A DNA stretch of 62,960 nucleotides, filler included, from Sluysia triapertura (Eukaryota), in NCBI GenBank assembly GCA_046118255.1. It is 5 parts of 5 records of this genome, joined end to end, with 100 filler letters (N's around TTAATTAATTAA, not from the genome) between each part and the next. Parts side by side here need not be neighbours in the genome. Positions count along the whole stretch, not along the records: positions 11,581 to 23,463 come from JBJNIA010161042.1; positions 23,564 to 39,935 come from JBJNIA010205593.1; 3 more parts are not named here. One strand, given 5' to 3'. Position numbers and translations under genes: made by a program. The notes under the pieces are model-generated. The model saw only the letters and a program-made list of their open reading frames with translations, had not been told where the DNA came from and did not search any database. Position 1 is the first letter of the stretch. Every line of letters starts with the position of its first letter. This document shows, piece by piece, positions 13,321 through 26,567 of the stretch.

Positions 13321-15099
13321 TATTGTTGAGTACCTAAAACCTTGATTATTTATTTGATTAAAAATATAGATAGTATGTGTATCAAATTTCTTTATTTCTA
13401 ATCATTCCTTTTAATAATGTAATTATCGCATACATAAAAAAATTAATATTTTTTAAATTTATTTTATATTTTGATTTTTTATTACTTGATTAGATGATAA
13501 TAAATACGTACAGCAAACCCAAAAACGCTTTTTTAGTGGTTAAGATTGTAATCCTAACCCGTTAAATAAAATAAAGCAGAATATCTATGTGGTGATCCAG
13601 CATTTCACCGATAATTTTATTATATCAAAAACATGCGTAAAAAATACGTACCAAAAAAACATAACCAAACTAAACACATAACTAAGATGGGTAATGCTAA
13701 TCGACAAAATGTACAAACACAGACAGCGAATATATTCCATCCATTGATATTAAATCTGGACCTGGCTCTAAAATGTCTTCATTAAAACTTTCAAAGCAAA
13801 AAACCAGTAACTGCAGGAATAACACTTAAAATTAATTCCAAGTTTTGTACACAAAAATAATGTTTAACTAAAACTTCGTGAACAAACTTGGGTTGATTGC
13901 ATATATGTCCGATTTGATCTTATTATATTATCGTTAGTATAGAAACATCGTCAAAGTAACCAACAGTTACATCCATTTTAACATTTTACTAGGTATCATT
14001 AAAAACTGTAAACTTAAAATTATTTCTCACACCAAATCTAGCTGCTTAATTTTACCTCATAATCTCTTCTAAAATCTTCATGAAACCAAATTTTGAAAAC
14101 TTTTACTTTTCCTCTTCTGACATTAGCTTGATAGAAATGAATCTGACCAATTAAAACAACTGCTTCCCGCATCAAACTTTTCATTTTTCTTAATAAACGA
14201 AGTAAAACAGGAAAAGTAAAAACGATAATAAATAAATGCTCAAAATATTTTTACTCTGACTAACACGGTTTTCTTGACTGTTATTATCCACAAGATGTTC
14301 TCTAATACCAATTCCTTTGTCTTTACTACTATCGTGCTTTAGATACGCAGGTGGTTGATGAGTCCCTATGTAGTTTTATGAACTAATAGAATTCCATTCG
14401 AAATCCTAGATTCAAATTCGGCCACTGCAATTTAATATGATAAGTATCTACCAACTGTGTAGGTTCCTGCCACTGGCAATTCCATAATTCGCAAAAACTC
14501 ATTTAAGTCGACTTGTTTTACTAAATCACCAATAGGTTTCCTAAATTGACAATGATGACAATTTTTGTTAAATTTTTTGTGGAAAATCTGTGTCCATTCT
14601 TTTCAAACATTTATCATCAAATGATGTAAAGCTCTAAATGATTCCTGAAGTTTGTTGCCAGACTACAAATTTTTTCATTATTTTGTTTGATTTGATCAAT
14701 AATTCTTTTGAACCAGATCTCATTAACGATATTAAATTATTAATGATAATATTTACACTACTTTTTAAATTATGTTAAAAATTTTTAAAAAACTTCAAAT
14801 TAATAATAATGTTATGCTGTGGTTTTTCTAAGACCTAACCTACGACAAAACATTTTTTACAGGGTCAGATTACCGTAAACGTCTTACAACGCATAGTCCG
14901 CGTTTCTGCAACTAAATAAGTTAATAATTACCTTAATAATATTATTACAACCTTACAATCAAATTTAATACTATTTAATATTTAACAAGTACAGCTGCAA
15001 ATTTTAATATAATGAATAAAACTAAAAATCCAAAACTTTATTAATTAGAAATTCGACGAACACAAATTATAAAACTTACAAAGATTACGAAAAAAGGTG

Positions 15100-16700
15100 T
15101 AATTCGAATAAATTATAGCTGTTGAAGTTAAAACTGCATTTTAGCCTTTAACTTTTAATAAAACGTAAGATTATGCCAATTAACTATTTTAGATGTAGAT
15201 GTGTTTATACCAATAGCAGTTTGGGATTTATGCCTTTATGAAATAATAATAGGTATGGATGTTATAAGTAAATTAGAAAATATCGTCATTCATGGTAGAT
15301 TAGGATTTTTAAAGATGACAGCAAATGCACAAATATCGTTACCACAAATTGTATTAGAATCAACATTGAATGGAATATCACATTCTATCATATCTCAACA
15401 TAATCATCATCCACCGAGACCACCTACACCAATTCCAAATTGGAATAACCTAGACTGGTGGGATACGACGGTGACATCAAATTATGGATCATCAGATACA
15501 TCAGGAAGAGAAACTAATAATGATAATTATAGTAATGGTAATTATAGTAATAGTAGTATGTTAATAACAGGAATACAGAACAATAAATCTGTTTATATTA
15601 TTGCTCTAATACTATTATTTATGCAATTAATAGCAATGATAAATTCATATCCATCAAAATTAATATCATATACTAATACTACATAAGGACTCTTCGTAAA
15701 AAAATACTTTTAATCGATATTGGTCAATAAAGTTTGATATAAAAAAATGAAATCCATTCTTAACAAAACAACGTTAAGACATAAACAATATTTACTACTG
15801 TGAATATTCAATTTATTATAATACTATTTTAGCAATTTCGTTGCTTAATAATGTCACATATTAAAGATATGTTTAAAAATGTTAAATACTATAATATTAC
15901 TATTGAGGAATGCAGTCCACCATTAACGAGTAAACCGATAATAATCGAAACAAAGAGTAATACTATCAATACAAATATCACTACGTCAATTAAATAAAAA
16001 GGAGGTAATAATTATATCTTTATAATATCACTTGCAATATTTACTTTGCTTCATTTAATGTCTTCAATCTATTGCATAATTGTTTGTAAAAAGACATTAA
16101 AAACTTCAAATATGAGAAAAGATATGTTATTAGTGTTGTTATCAATAATAACAGTTTCGGATGGATCACGAAAAGTTTACAGATCTAAGTATTTTGATTT
16201 TTATAATTATGACGCAAATATACAAGTTAAAATAATGGATAATAGTATTGAAGCACAATGCATCTGCATAAATCCTGGTAGATTTAATTTTAGCACACAG
16301 AAAGTTTATAAACAATATATACCTATAGTACTACGATTCTAGGATTTTCTATAAAACTAGGTAAGAATCTAAGTTTACCTAATAAAAATCATTTACAGAA
16401 CATAACAAATGACTTTATAACAAACCTCTATCACGTCATATTTAGTTACTTCATTTTGACTTCGTTTCTTTTTCTTACAACAGCAATACACACTATATTT
16501 CAGATGTGGTGGTATTGTTATGTTTATGATACTTAAAATTATTATATTATTCAACAAAAAATTTATAATATATCTTTTAATTGTGGCTTTCACAACATTT
16601 ATTTTAACTTCGAATTTTATACAGTTGATACGTAATTTTTGATTTAAAATTTTAAGATAGAAAAAAATGAGATCTAAAAACACTGAAAGTTTTATTGAAT
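15100..16700 (+). mobile_element. 3' fragment of a retroelement related to the 41.7-49.3 kb element: aspartic protease C-terminal half followed by TM/signal-peptide segments
   Basis: YEIIIGMDVISKLENIVIHGRLGFLKMTANAQISLPQIV aligns with LDLIIGLDILDKLDDMVTHSKYGLMKFPQGAQLLLPQVV (ORF 47847-48269). Both are followed by a Ser-rich linker and hydrophobic segments. Confidence 0.75.
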
Positions 16701-16867
16701 ATTAAAAATACTAAATTATCATCGTAAAATGCATGACTAATGTCTTCTATGTTGTCAGTCGTCCCTGTTTCCCTACGTTTGTATTGTCACAAAAGTTGAT
16801 ATTGTTCGGTGGGATAGGAATATTAATCGATTGTATTAAATCCGTGAGTGTGAATAGGTGATTCAAG

Positions 16868-17439
16868 TTAGCATGATGTAAATAGGAATGTCATTTGACC
16901 AACAATGTGAGCATATGGGCAATTGCTTGAAAATCTTGTATAGGTACCATTGAAGTCGCTACCATATGGACATATTGCCATTCCAGTTAACTGATTTGAA
17001 GTTCGTGCACTATCAGACTGGAATACTTTGTGGTACGGACTGCAAGTAAGATTCTCATTATTCGCTTTACTCTCTAATGTATCATAATTCTGTGAGATTT
17101 CTTGATAATCATTTTCATTGATTAGTGATTTATTTTCTAAGGCGTGATCATTTACGTTCATCGTAGTGTTCGGAAGAATTAGAAATTGCATCTGCGTACT
17201 TGGATATAAAATGGTATCGTTGTTAATAATTACAATAATTACTATGAACATCAAAGTCTTATGTTTATATCGTCACTAAAACATAATAACTTTTCAACCT
17301 CACTTCGACTTAGGAACATAATAAAACATAAAAAGATCAATTCTTCGACGACACTATCTGGTGATATATTCGGCTGATAATCATATCTAATAGTAGTAAG
17401 CTCGAAACAATTTATACCTATGATAATCATGATTAACAA
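16868..17439 (-). pseudogene. Broken ORF(s) of unknown function with Cys-containing C-terminal part
   Basis: Two abutting ORFs (17251-17439 and 16868-17254) with coding-like composition. No family recognised. Confidence 0.25.
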
Positions 17440-18249
17440 AAGATTTACGCTTTTCTAATAATAAATTTACATCGTACATAATGTAATAAACTTAATGAAA
17501 TAATTCATATGTATCATAATCATGCTTGCTAATAAAAATTTTACGCTTATCTATTTTAACAGTAATTAAGAAGGCTTTTTCGGGATCTTTTTTAATTACA
17601 GGTTCAAAACAAGGATCTTGTATGTTTGCATATGCTCACGAAATAATGACAATCAAATCTGGACAATCTCTTTTATACCATGTGAAATTATTTCTTTATT
17701 CCGTGATGCATCATCATTATCATACTATAAAACGACGTCTTGGAAAGCCATCTTTATGTAAAAATTAAAATCAAACTTTCTAGTTAATAAATTATGAAAC
17801 AAAACAAGCTTAATGCCTTTAAAAACAAGACTTAATTTTAAAATCATATAAACAATAATAGAAAACTTTTTATTAAAAAACAATATATGGATTAAAAACA
17901 AAAATAACATACTTCATTGTTTTTATGAATTCGGAAAATAGACTATCCGGTAGCATTTCCATTGCAAACGTTTTTGACTATTTTGTTTTGTAATTAGGTT
18001 CAAGAACATCGTTGAATTTATCATTGAAACAAATTATTCATTAATAATTTTGTCTAACTTAGGAATATTGACTTTTTTGGCTATAGTTAACAATTCATAT
18101 AAATTTTATTTATTTTATTATTTTTATAATTACAGGTTAGAAGATGCAGTGACTTATAACTCAATCGATGTAATCAACTGAGCTCTGGTTTTTTGCAATA
18201 TAATTAAAATCTGGAAATCACTTTTCATTAAATCCCATATGCATTCTAC

Positions 18250-19045
18250 AACCTAACATCAGCTTCAGACTGTCGATTTATTTCATCTTGCACAGATCTT
18301 TCTGCTTGATAACTGCTGTTTAAATCACGATTCTGATTGACGAATTGATTTACTATTTCTGAGTATTGTTTTTCCTATTCCAACGACAACTTAATTTGCG
18401 CAAAGTTTCATTAATATTACTGTTGACAATAAAAGTAACAATGGCAGCGGTGGAGTCTGAATTGTTTTTCATACTTCTGAATCCTCCGAATATGGAAACA
18501 CTGGACCATCGAATGGTTAAACTCATGTTGAACTATACCAGTGGGATTTCCAATGCAAGCCAATAATTGAGTTACGTAAGTTCCTGTTTCAAAGCCATAT
18601 CATAAGCCACATCATTTTAAAATACTGTAAAGGTGATGCGATAAAGCAATTGTTATTATCTGGAGCGAATGGTTTGAAACAGATATCACTTAACGTTATT
18701 GCTCGTAGTAATTCATCATTAGAGAAAGATATATTCGTCAAATTGTCTTGTAATTCAGCAACCTTTTTTAAGAGTTTTGGAAAATGCAGGTCCTAAATAT
18801 GGATATTTCGCAGACCATGTTTTGGGAAGAAATTATGATTTGTTCAGTTCGATAAAATCGGCCAAAATTATTAACGAAATAATCTTTATTTTGACGTGCT
18901 GTACTTTCCATTGTACTCCACAATACTGGATCAGTTGTTATTTGTGCTCGCATCATAGCTTATCAAACCAGCTACTAGAATTGGAGTAGTTATGCAGAAT
19001 ACTACATTTTTGGCCAGAAGGTTGCCCCATTTATGAAAACATAAT
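18250..19045 (-). pseudogene. NPC1: NPC1 (Niemann-Pick C1-like) middle luminal domain pseudogene fragment
   Basis: Minus-strand pieces FHKWGNLLAKN, TTDPVLWSTMESTARQNKDYFVNNFGRFYRTEQIII, ITLSDICFKPFAPDNNNCFIASPLQYF, DGPVFP and YQAERSVQDEINRQSEAD occur in NPC1 order (TT.PV.LWS...S.AR..K.YFD..FG.FFRTEQ; L.DIC..P..P.N.NC...S.L.YFQ; AERSIEDELNRES). Several frameshifts and deletions. Confidence 0.9.
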
Positions 19046-19909
19046 TAATATTGATTCTACTCGAGTTCCGATACGATTGTAAAGGCGGATAGAAATTCTA
19101 GCCTTTTTAATCAATAGAAGTAAATGTAATCTGATTTCAAAAGAACAGAAATGCCAAAATTGTGTTTAACAATTTAATGAAATGATATGCTCTTTATAAC
19201 CAGTTCTTGTAACAAAAAGTAACGATGGAATAGCACAAACACAGTTCAGTAATAATGGTAGTAGTAATCGTAATGGTAGTATCTTGTGTTATACTACGTG
19301 AATAAGATATTCAATAATTTCAACACCAGAAAATTGAAGAAAGAGATAATGCGAATAATAACAACGCATACATAAATACTTACATATTATATACAATCAA
19401 CAAGCAAGATTATAAAAAAGAATTAATTGTGAAGATAACAGAAGTAATAATAATGAACCTAAATTTATGAAAGGATTATTATGTATTTTAGTATGATGAT
19501 GTTGGAAATAATTACGAAATTATAAATATGAAATTATAATTATTATTAAAATGGAAATTATGATAATAACTATAACTCATGATTGTGTTTTGTATGAATC
19601 TGATTTGTTTAGCGTTTTGTGTATGAAATGTTAATTTGTGGTGGCTTGTGTATGTGTGAATACGATTTGTATAAGGTGTTGAAAAATTTTAATTTCTTTT
19701 GTGTTGTGGCACTACTTAATTTAGTAATATACTTATATAAAGTTGACTTGCAACGCTGCACGTTAAAGTATGTTAAAATTTTCGATAAATGATGTTGGGA
19801 ATTCGTAGATAGTACAAATTGTAAGGTGCAGAATGCATGAATCACTATTAATTGATTTAAGAATTTGTAACATAATATTCATTTACTTAAACTCTTCAAA
19901 TCTTAAATA

Positions 19910-20160
19910 AAATTGTTTTACGATTATAAGGCTTTATATTAATTTAAATTGAGATTTAATAGAGTCAATATAAATTCGAAATTTAACAAATACTATCCAA
20001 CTTTATTAAAATTACATAATCGTTTTAAAATGAAATCCAATAAAAACAATATGAAAGCAAACTTTAAGAACATAAAACCCAAGTAAAAAGAATTATACTT
20101 GACAAAATTATCTTAAAATAAGAATAAATATAAATTAATAAAATTTAATATCATTTTGGT
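19910..20160 (+). repeat. Dispersed AT-rich repeat family, copy 2
   Basis: Similar to 8990-9400 and 62310-62600. Confidence 0.6.
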
Positions 20161-20894
20161 AGAGAATAATATTATTGTGACAGTATAATAGTACATTATT
20201 TGTTATTATATTTTATTTATTATAAGACATTACGATTAAGTATTAATATTATACATAGTTATTATTTATAATTGTGTAATATTATTTTATTAACATATAT
20301 TTTAATATTACATTTATTATTATAGGTATGTTTTAAAAGGTAAAAGAATTATAGACAAAAACTAAAACATAAAAAAGAAAATTAAATTATCAAGCACTAA
20401 TAATAGACAGTATAAATAGTACTGTCGTAGGAAAATACAAGTAGACTGATGAAGACAATAATATATCAAACACATAGACAGTGTTTTGAATAAAAAAATC
20501 GATTCATAAATACGATATCATTTCAGTGAATTTTCTTACAAAGCTTTGACAAGGAACCTCAGATTAATTTGTTATTATTAGTTAAAATTTTAGAGAAAGT
20601 GAGTATTATTCTCTTACCTATAAAATAAAACATTTAAACTTATTGTGTGGAAGGCAAAAAGTGTTTTATTTTATTTGAAACAATGTATTTTTTTATTTAT
20701 TTTCGTATTTTTGTGAAGCATTAACTTGATTAAATAAAATTCAATTAAGCTAAAACAATTTAAACCTCTTTTTATTTTTAGCAAAATAGACTTAAGGCCT
20801 ATAATTATTAAAAACAATAACAAAACTTTTAGATTTAATAAATTATCAAAATTTGTTACTTTATAAAAACACAATAAACAATAATACAACAAAT

Positions 20895-21615
20895 TTATAA
20901 ATTCAAATATAAAATAGTGCTTTCAGATATTTTAGTATCAACCGTATACATTTGAACTGCACAAAATCTTTTATGTGAAATTCTGTTTTTTATAAAAGTT
21001 TCGTAAAAGAGAGGCAATAAATTAAATTCATTTTTAATATAGATAATTGCATAAACATTATATTTCGATTTCCATCTATCATGCGGTTTTAAACGTATAA
21101 AACTCCATCCCAAAGTCGTATGTTTACTATATGTTTCATAAAACGGATAAATTGGTCTAATATACATCGCATACATTGATAAATTCTCTGTTTTTTGGAT
21201 ATGCTGGATACAATTGCAATTTTAGTTTCTTCGAAATTGGATGACTTTCCCAATTATTTTGATACCAAAAAGCAGCAACTCCAATTATAAATAATGGAAA
21301 TAAAATACTTAACTGCACAAATATTTTTAAACCGACATATTCAAGCTGAAATGGTTTTAACTTTTCGGACATACATAGAGGCATTATATAATAACTTGGA
21401 AGAATAAATGCATGTATTACTAGTATTAATGTTGGCCGCTTCAAATGATATAATACAAAATTATCACTTTCATTCCCAAGCAAAAATGAAAAAATATTTT
21501 CTATTGTCAATCCAGAACATACTACAGCATCGGTTGGAAACAAAATTAGCAAGACCACCACGACAAATATGATAGAATAACAAAAATCTAGTTTGGAAAA
21601 TGTAATAGTATCCAT
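20895..21615 (-). CDS. TMEM129: TMEM129-like E3 ubiquitin ligase, N-terminal/TM part; C-terminal RING not found (partial gene or pseudogene)
   Basis: ORF 21157-21615: LFPTDAVVCSGLTIENIFSFLLGNESDNFVLYHLKRPTLILVIHAFILPSYY and WYQNNWESHPISKKL match TMEM129 (P.EF..AGLTV.N.....LGSE...FV..HLRR; W....W..HP). The continuation in another frame (YIKNEFN) is weak. Confidence 0.8.
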
Positions 21616-22365
21616 AATGATTTTTTAAAAGGAATTATTGATAAATTTTATTAAATTTATAAAACAAAAAATTAATATATAACATATAGAATAAAAATGT
21701 AAACCAAAATAAAATCAATTATAATTATAAAATATTAAAATATAAAAAGTTTTAATGCTTGACAAAATATTCCAAATTATTTAAACAACGCAATATTATG
21801 AAGAATGATATCTTCAAAATATTAATCAAAAATAAATTTTATAAGTATTTAGAATATAATTACATTAATCAATTGTGAAGGTAAGAGTATTAAATTTGCA
21901 ACTCCCGTTAATTTATATATGTTAGTTTGTGAAAAATAAACATTTTAATTTCAGTTATTTATTGAGGAAGTTATTTTATAAATATTGTTATTTTTCAGGT
22001 CTCTCAATGAAGGTTTTTGGAATAAATTTACCACATTTGGTACTGATGCACGTCACTTCCATGTTAGTTAAAAGATAAGGTAGTTGTAAGGATGTCGCCG
22101 CTTGAAGGTCAAGGGATTAATATTTTATAAAGTTTTTTGGATATTGGATTTTTATTAGATTATAATTTTTGTTCACAGAAAATTTTAATTTTATTTTAAA
22201 AAATCTGTTGTGAAATAAGAATATTTCAAAATAATTGTATATACATTTATTTATTAAACTAAATAATATAAATTTTATGCACATAATTGTTTATTGACTT
22301 TATACTTCAAGCCGAGTTGGGGACGAGCTACTGTACTTCTGACCTTGTGAGTTCTGAAACAAAAA

Positions 22366-22832
22366 TCAATCATAAATTAATTGGATCAAATTAAAATTAA
22401 TGTTTATCTCAAAATGATTGTTATCAGTAAAACAGTAAATTGCATAAATCAAATCATGTCCTGTATTGTATTCTACATTCAACTTATATAAGCTTGGTAT
22501 GACAACTATAATTTGTTTAAAATAAACTTCGATCATGCTGTATTTTATCATTGTATTATCATGGTCGGGTAAATTTCCACATTGAATCTAACTAATATTT
22601 GACTATAACAGACGACTGTAATTTTATCAACAGACTCAGTTCCATGAGAAATAGATAGGTAACATGGTGATTCATACTTGAGAAACTGTGGCGTTACAAC
22701 ATTGATTATTTTGCCATTCACCAAAATTGCTCGACTAAGTTCCAAGAAATCCGCCGCTGAAGTACTAATATTTTCTACGATGCTATGATTAAATTTCTTT
22801 ATTATTAAGTTGACAAATATTCTATGTTTCAC
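22366..22832 (-). pseudogene. Broken ORF of unknown function
   Basis: Two overlapping ORFs in different frames with coding-like composition. No family recognised. Confidence 0.2.
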
Positions 22833-23463
22833 ATCTAGACGTAAGTTGTTGAAATAAACAATGATCTTCTTGTAGTGGTCAACATATAACCTTAATGAAT
22901 TTTATTAAAATTCACATCCCATATTTTCCAAAATACTCATCAAAAACATTTCTTTTACATAAGTCCTTTTCAACATAACACTTACCTTCAAAACCTGCCT
23001 TTTAAAATCATTCTAAAACATGCTAAAATCAACATAAAACAATAATAAATTAAAGCAACGCATTGTACATGGAACCATATTTATAAACATTTTAAAATTC
23101 CCATATTTATCTCTTTTACATCCACTAAAACATCTTCATCCGTTAAAATCAATTAAACCCACAATCTTATAACATCCAAACAACTATTACATTCAATACC
23201 ATCAAATTACATTTAATAATTCATCCAAAATATTTTATCTCTCATCTTTCAATCATTCTAATTATGTAAAAGTAAAGTAAATATTATTAAATACAATAAA
23301 AAGTAAATATAAGTTAAATATAATTTAATATAATCAGATTATTATTAAATTATTAAACAAATTATTATATTAATTATGATAAAAATATAAATATTATTTA
23401 ATATATTAATTATGATAAAATTATTAATAATATAATTATTATTAAGTTATTATAAAATAATTA

Positions 23464-23563
23464 NNNNNNNNNNNNNNNNNNNNNNNNNNNNNNNNNNNNN
23501 NNNNNNNTTAATTAATTAANNNNNNNNNNNNNNNNNNNNNNNNNNNNNNNNNNNNNNNNNNNN
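23464..23563. other. Assembly gap spacer
   Basis: 44 N + TTAATTAATTAA + 44 N. Confidence 0.97.
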
Positions 23564-23729
23564 TCCCGTCAACGTTTCCAATTATATATATGTGAAATGA
23601 ATGGGTACGTATTCTTTAATCCTTATTTTATTTACATTGTTAAATAGTGCGATATTACATCTACATCTACGGTTAATATATATTTCATTATATGGAGGAG
23701 GGGATCGCTATATAAAAAAGTTTAAGAAG

Positions 23730-24195
23730 CCCTGGTATATACTAAGCGAACTGACCCTACAGATAATTTGTTAGGAATAAGGAAAAATCTAACATTATCA
23801 TTAAGTTTAGAATTTGAATTAAATTGAAAAAATCATATAACTAAATCGATCACTAAGTTAAAATCCTTTTTTTGCAACAACACCTTAATAAAAGGGTTGT
23901 GCAATATAAATAAAATACTCTTTTCGATACAACATCTCAGCAAGAGAGTTGTGTAATTTATTTTCTTGACAACACCTTAATAAAAGGGTTGTGTAATTTG
24001 TTAAAATCAAAAGATTTAAGCAGTTGAATTGAGTTTATTTAGTTATATTGATTAGTAATTTAAGTTAATTTAATTAGTTGTAAAATCCTAATAATGCGTC
24101 TCCAGAATTGGTATAAAACGTATATATTAGGTGGACCGATCCCTCAGATAATTTGCTGTTAAGTGTAAGATAAATTGTAAAAACACCAGCAGTAG
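23730..24195 (+). mobile_element. Solo/partial LTR related to the LTR at ~41750-42231
   Basis: aaatcctaataatgcgtctccagaattggtataaaacgtatatattaggtggaccgatccctcagataatttg aligns with 42128-42200. It carries the same caacacctt..aagggttg hairpins, a partial duplicate of the 3' block at ~23740-23770, and no adjacent PBS. Confidence 0.8.
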
Positions 24196-26522
24196 TAAAC
24201 AATATTTTCAACCATTAACTTGTTCATAAATTTGCCAAATAATTTAATAATTGACTTATATTTTCCTTATTGTGTAATTCGTGCTGTTTTTTCATGACAT
24301 TCATCTATATATTTTGTAGTCTCTAAATGGATTTGATTTTCATTTTCTGCCTGATCGCTTGCTTCATTTTATTCTTCTTGTTCATCTTTACTATTGTCTT
24401 CTTCTGAATTCATATCAATTTCTTCAGTAAAATAATCTTCTTCATTTATATCGTCTTGATTGTCGTTGATTATGTCCGCGTCCTTATTGCAGAATAAAGG
24501 AGGTACGTTTATAGTTTTTAAATAGAATAAGTGATCTTGATGTAGAATGTTTAAGTGAAAGGGAAGATCAGTAATTATAAATTTGATGAATTTATGATGC
24601 CTTTTCTAATTTCTTGGTCACTTTTTAACCAGGATTGGTGATTGTTATTTGAATGTGAAAAGCAAGTTACGTAAAAATAGATCGTTCTTACTCATAATGA
24701 AAGTTTTCATACGATCAAGGTATGTCAACTTCTCTTGCATACGTTTGTATTTTATGCATTTATTTTATTTAGTTTTTTTTTATTTAGTACACAGTTTCTT
24801 GTTTCTTATCCAATTATCTTGTTAACATTAAATTTCATAAAAAGATTACTTCTAAATTAATTAGGTTAAGTTTAATTTGCCCTTGTTTTTCAATGAAAAT
24901 AAAATTACATTATTTTGATAAACTTTTAAAATAGATTTTATCAAAATTTGAAAATTTACATTCATTTTAAATTTCTAAGCACTAATTTGAGTAAATATAA
25001 ATTTATTGACTGAACTAGTTGTTTACCAAGCTTACAAAATGTCAATTACATTTTCATGATGTTTTATTCTGTGGTTCTAAGTACATAACTTCAACTATCT
25101 GTCACGATTAGAAAAGGTGCTAAAGGACGATTATGAAATATTTCCTCTTCTGAAAATCTTGATGGACTGAAGATCGTTTTGCATTTTGTAAATCTGGTTC
25201 TTCTGTTTTATTAAGCAATAGTTAATTAAGTGATTTTTCTTCTGGAGGCGAATACTTAGCTTTTGACATATTTTTTGATCAAGTGTCAAGTATTTATTTT
25301 TTAAATATTTCGTTACCCTAAACTTATTAAACATATTAAAATTTAAGCCTATTTCTGGTTGTTTAGTAAATCCAATAAATGCTAGATCAGCAAATAAATG
25401 GAAAATGAACACTTTGTCCATGCCAACTAATACTTCTACCAGAACAAGAAACTTGCATCAAACTAGAAACAGCATCAGAACAAAATTGAGCATTTTTTTG
25501 TTCGAAATCTTTACCAATCTCGGTAGTAACGTCATAAACATCAGCAACACAAAAGGTTTAGACAGAATAGGATTTTTGATCAGAATAATAAAATGAATAA
25601 TTAGAAAATTTAATTAATTAAATTCTGTTATTCAAAATTATCGTGTCAGCTAGTGAACACTTCTAAGAGACATTATAATTCAGCGAATTTTTGTAAAACT
25701 TAATTCGTAAAACTAATGAAGTACTTGCGTACACATATTTAGACACTAATATTTTTAACGGTAGACATTTTATTATATTTAAAAATGACTATTAATTACT
25801 GATTAAACGAAATATTAATTTTTTTTCCATTTGCACACAAAAACATTAAATTTTGTCCAATGAAATGTGAATTGGTATTGAAGTAGCCCATTTAAATTTG
25901 ATTGGATTTTTATTCAATTAATTATAAGTCATATATTTCAGCCATTTTGTTTATTATTATTGTTATTAATATTATTTTAATAATTTTATTATTATTATTA
26001 TCATTATTAAATCATTATTAAATTTGTCTTATTTTTTATTTCTACAGTTTCTTTCCTTTACTATTTACATTATCTTGCATAAATGATACATGTGATGATG
26101 TTTAGGGGGATGTGACTTTGACATTCTAAAATGAGAAATGTTTGCGTCAGTAATGATCTGTAAAATGAAATGTATCGTTATTATTAAAATGGTTTAATGA
26201 ATAAAGTTGAGAATTAGAAAAATGTAAGATACAGAATATATGTGAAGAACTATCAAATAATTTAAGAATTTGTAATTGGAAGTATTTTTAAATTTGTTAT
26301 GAGTAAAAGATTTATTACGTTATGAGTTGATCAACCACATAATACTTTGACTTAAAATATCTTTTACAGAAGGTTAATTGCAATAACTGACTGTGAAGTT
26401 ATTATTATTATAAAAATTATATTAACAAAAACAATGGAAATAAAATTAATATTTTTCAGCAAAAATAACTATTAAGTATAAAATTAATTAAAGATGAAAA
26501 ACAAATAGTCTGAATAAAAATA

Positions 26523-26567
26523 ATAATTAACGAATTTATAATTAACGAATTTATAATTAACGAATTT
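26523..26567 (+). repeat. 15-bp tandem repeat x3 (ataattaacgaattt)
   Basis: Directly visible. Confidence 0.85.

Noticed and set aside
14834-14880. acctaacctac..gtaaa motif shared with ~57855-57897, possibly a sixth/seventh copy of the LTR stem-loop
   Set aside because: Lacks the GG(C/T)G(A/G)AC 3' flank and pairing is incomplete.
23877-23992. CRISPR-like array of ~24-bp palindromic repeats with spacers
   Set aside because: Eukaryotic context, only three non-identical units, short unequal spacers, no cas genes, and located within an LTR.
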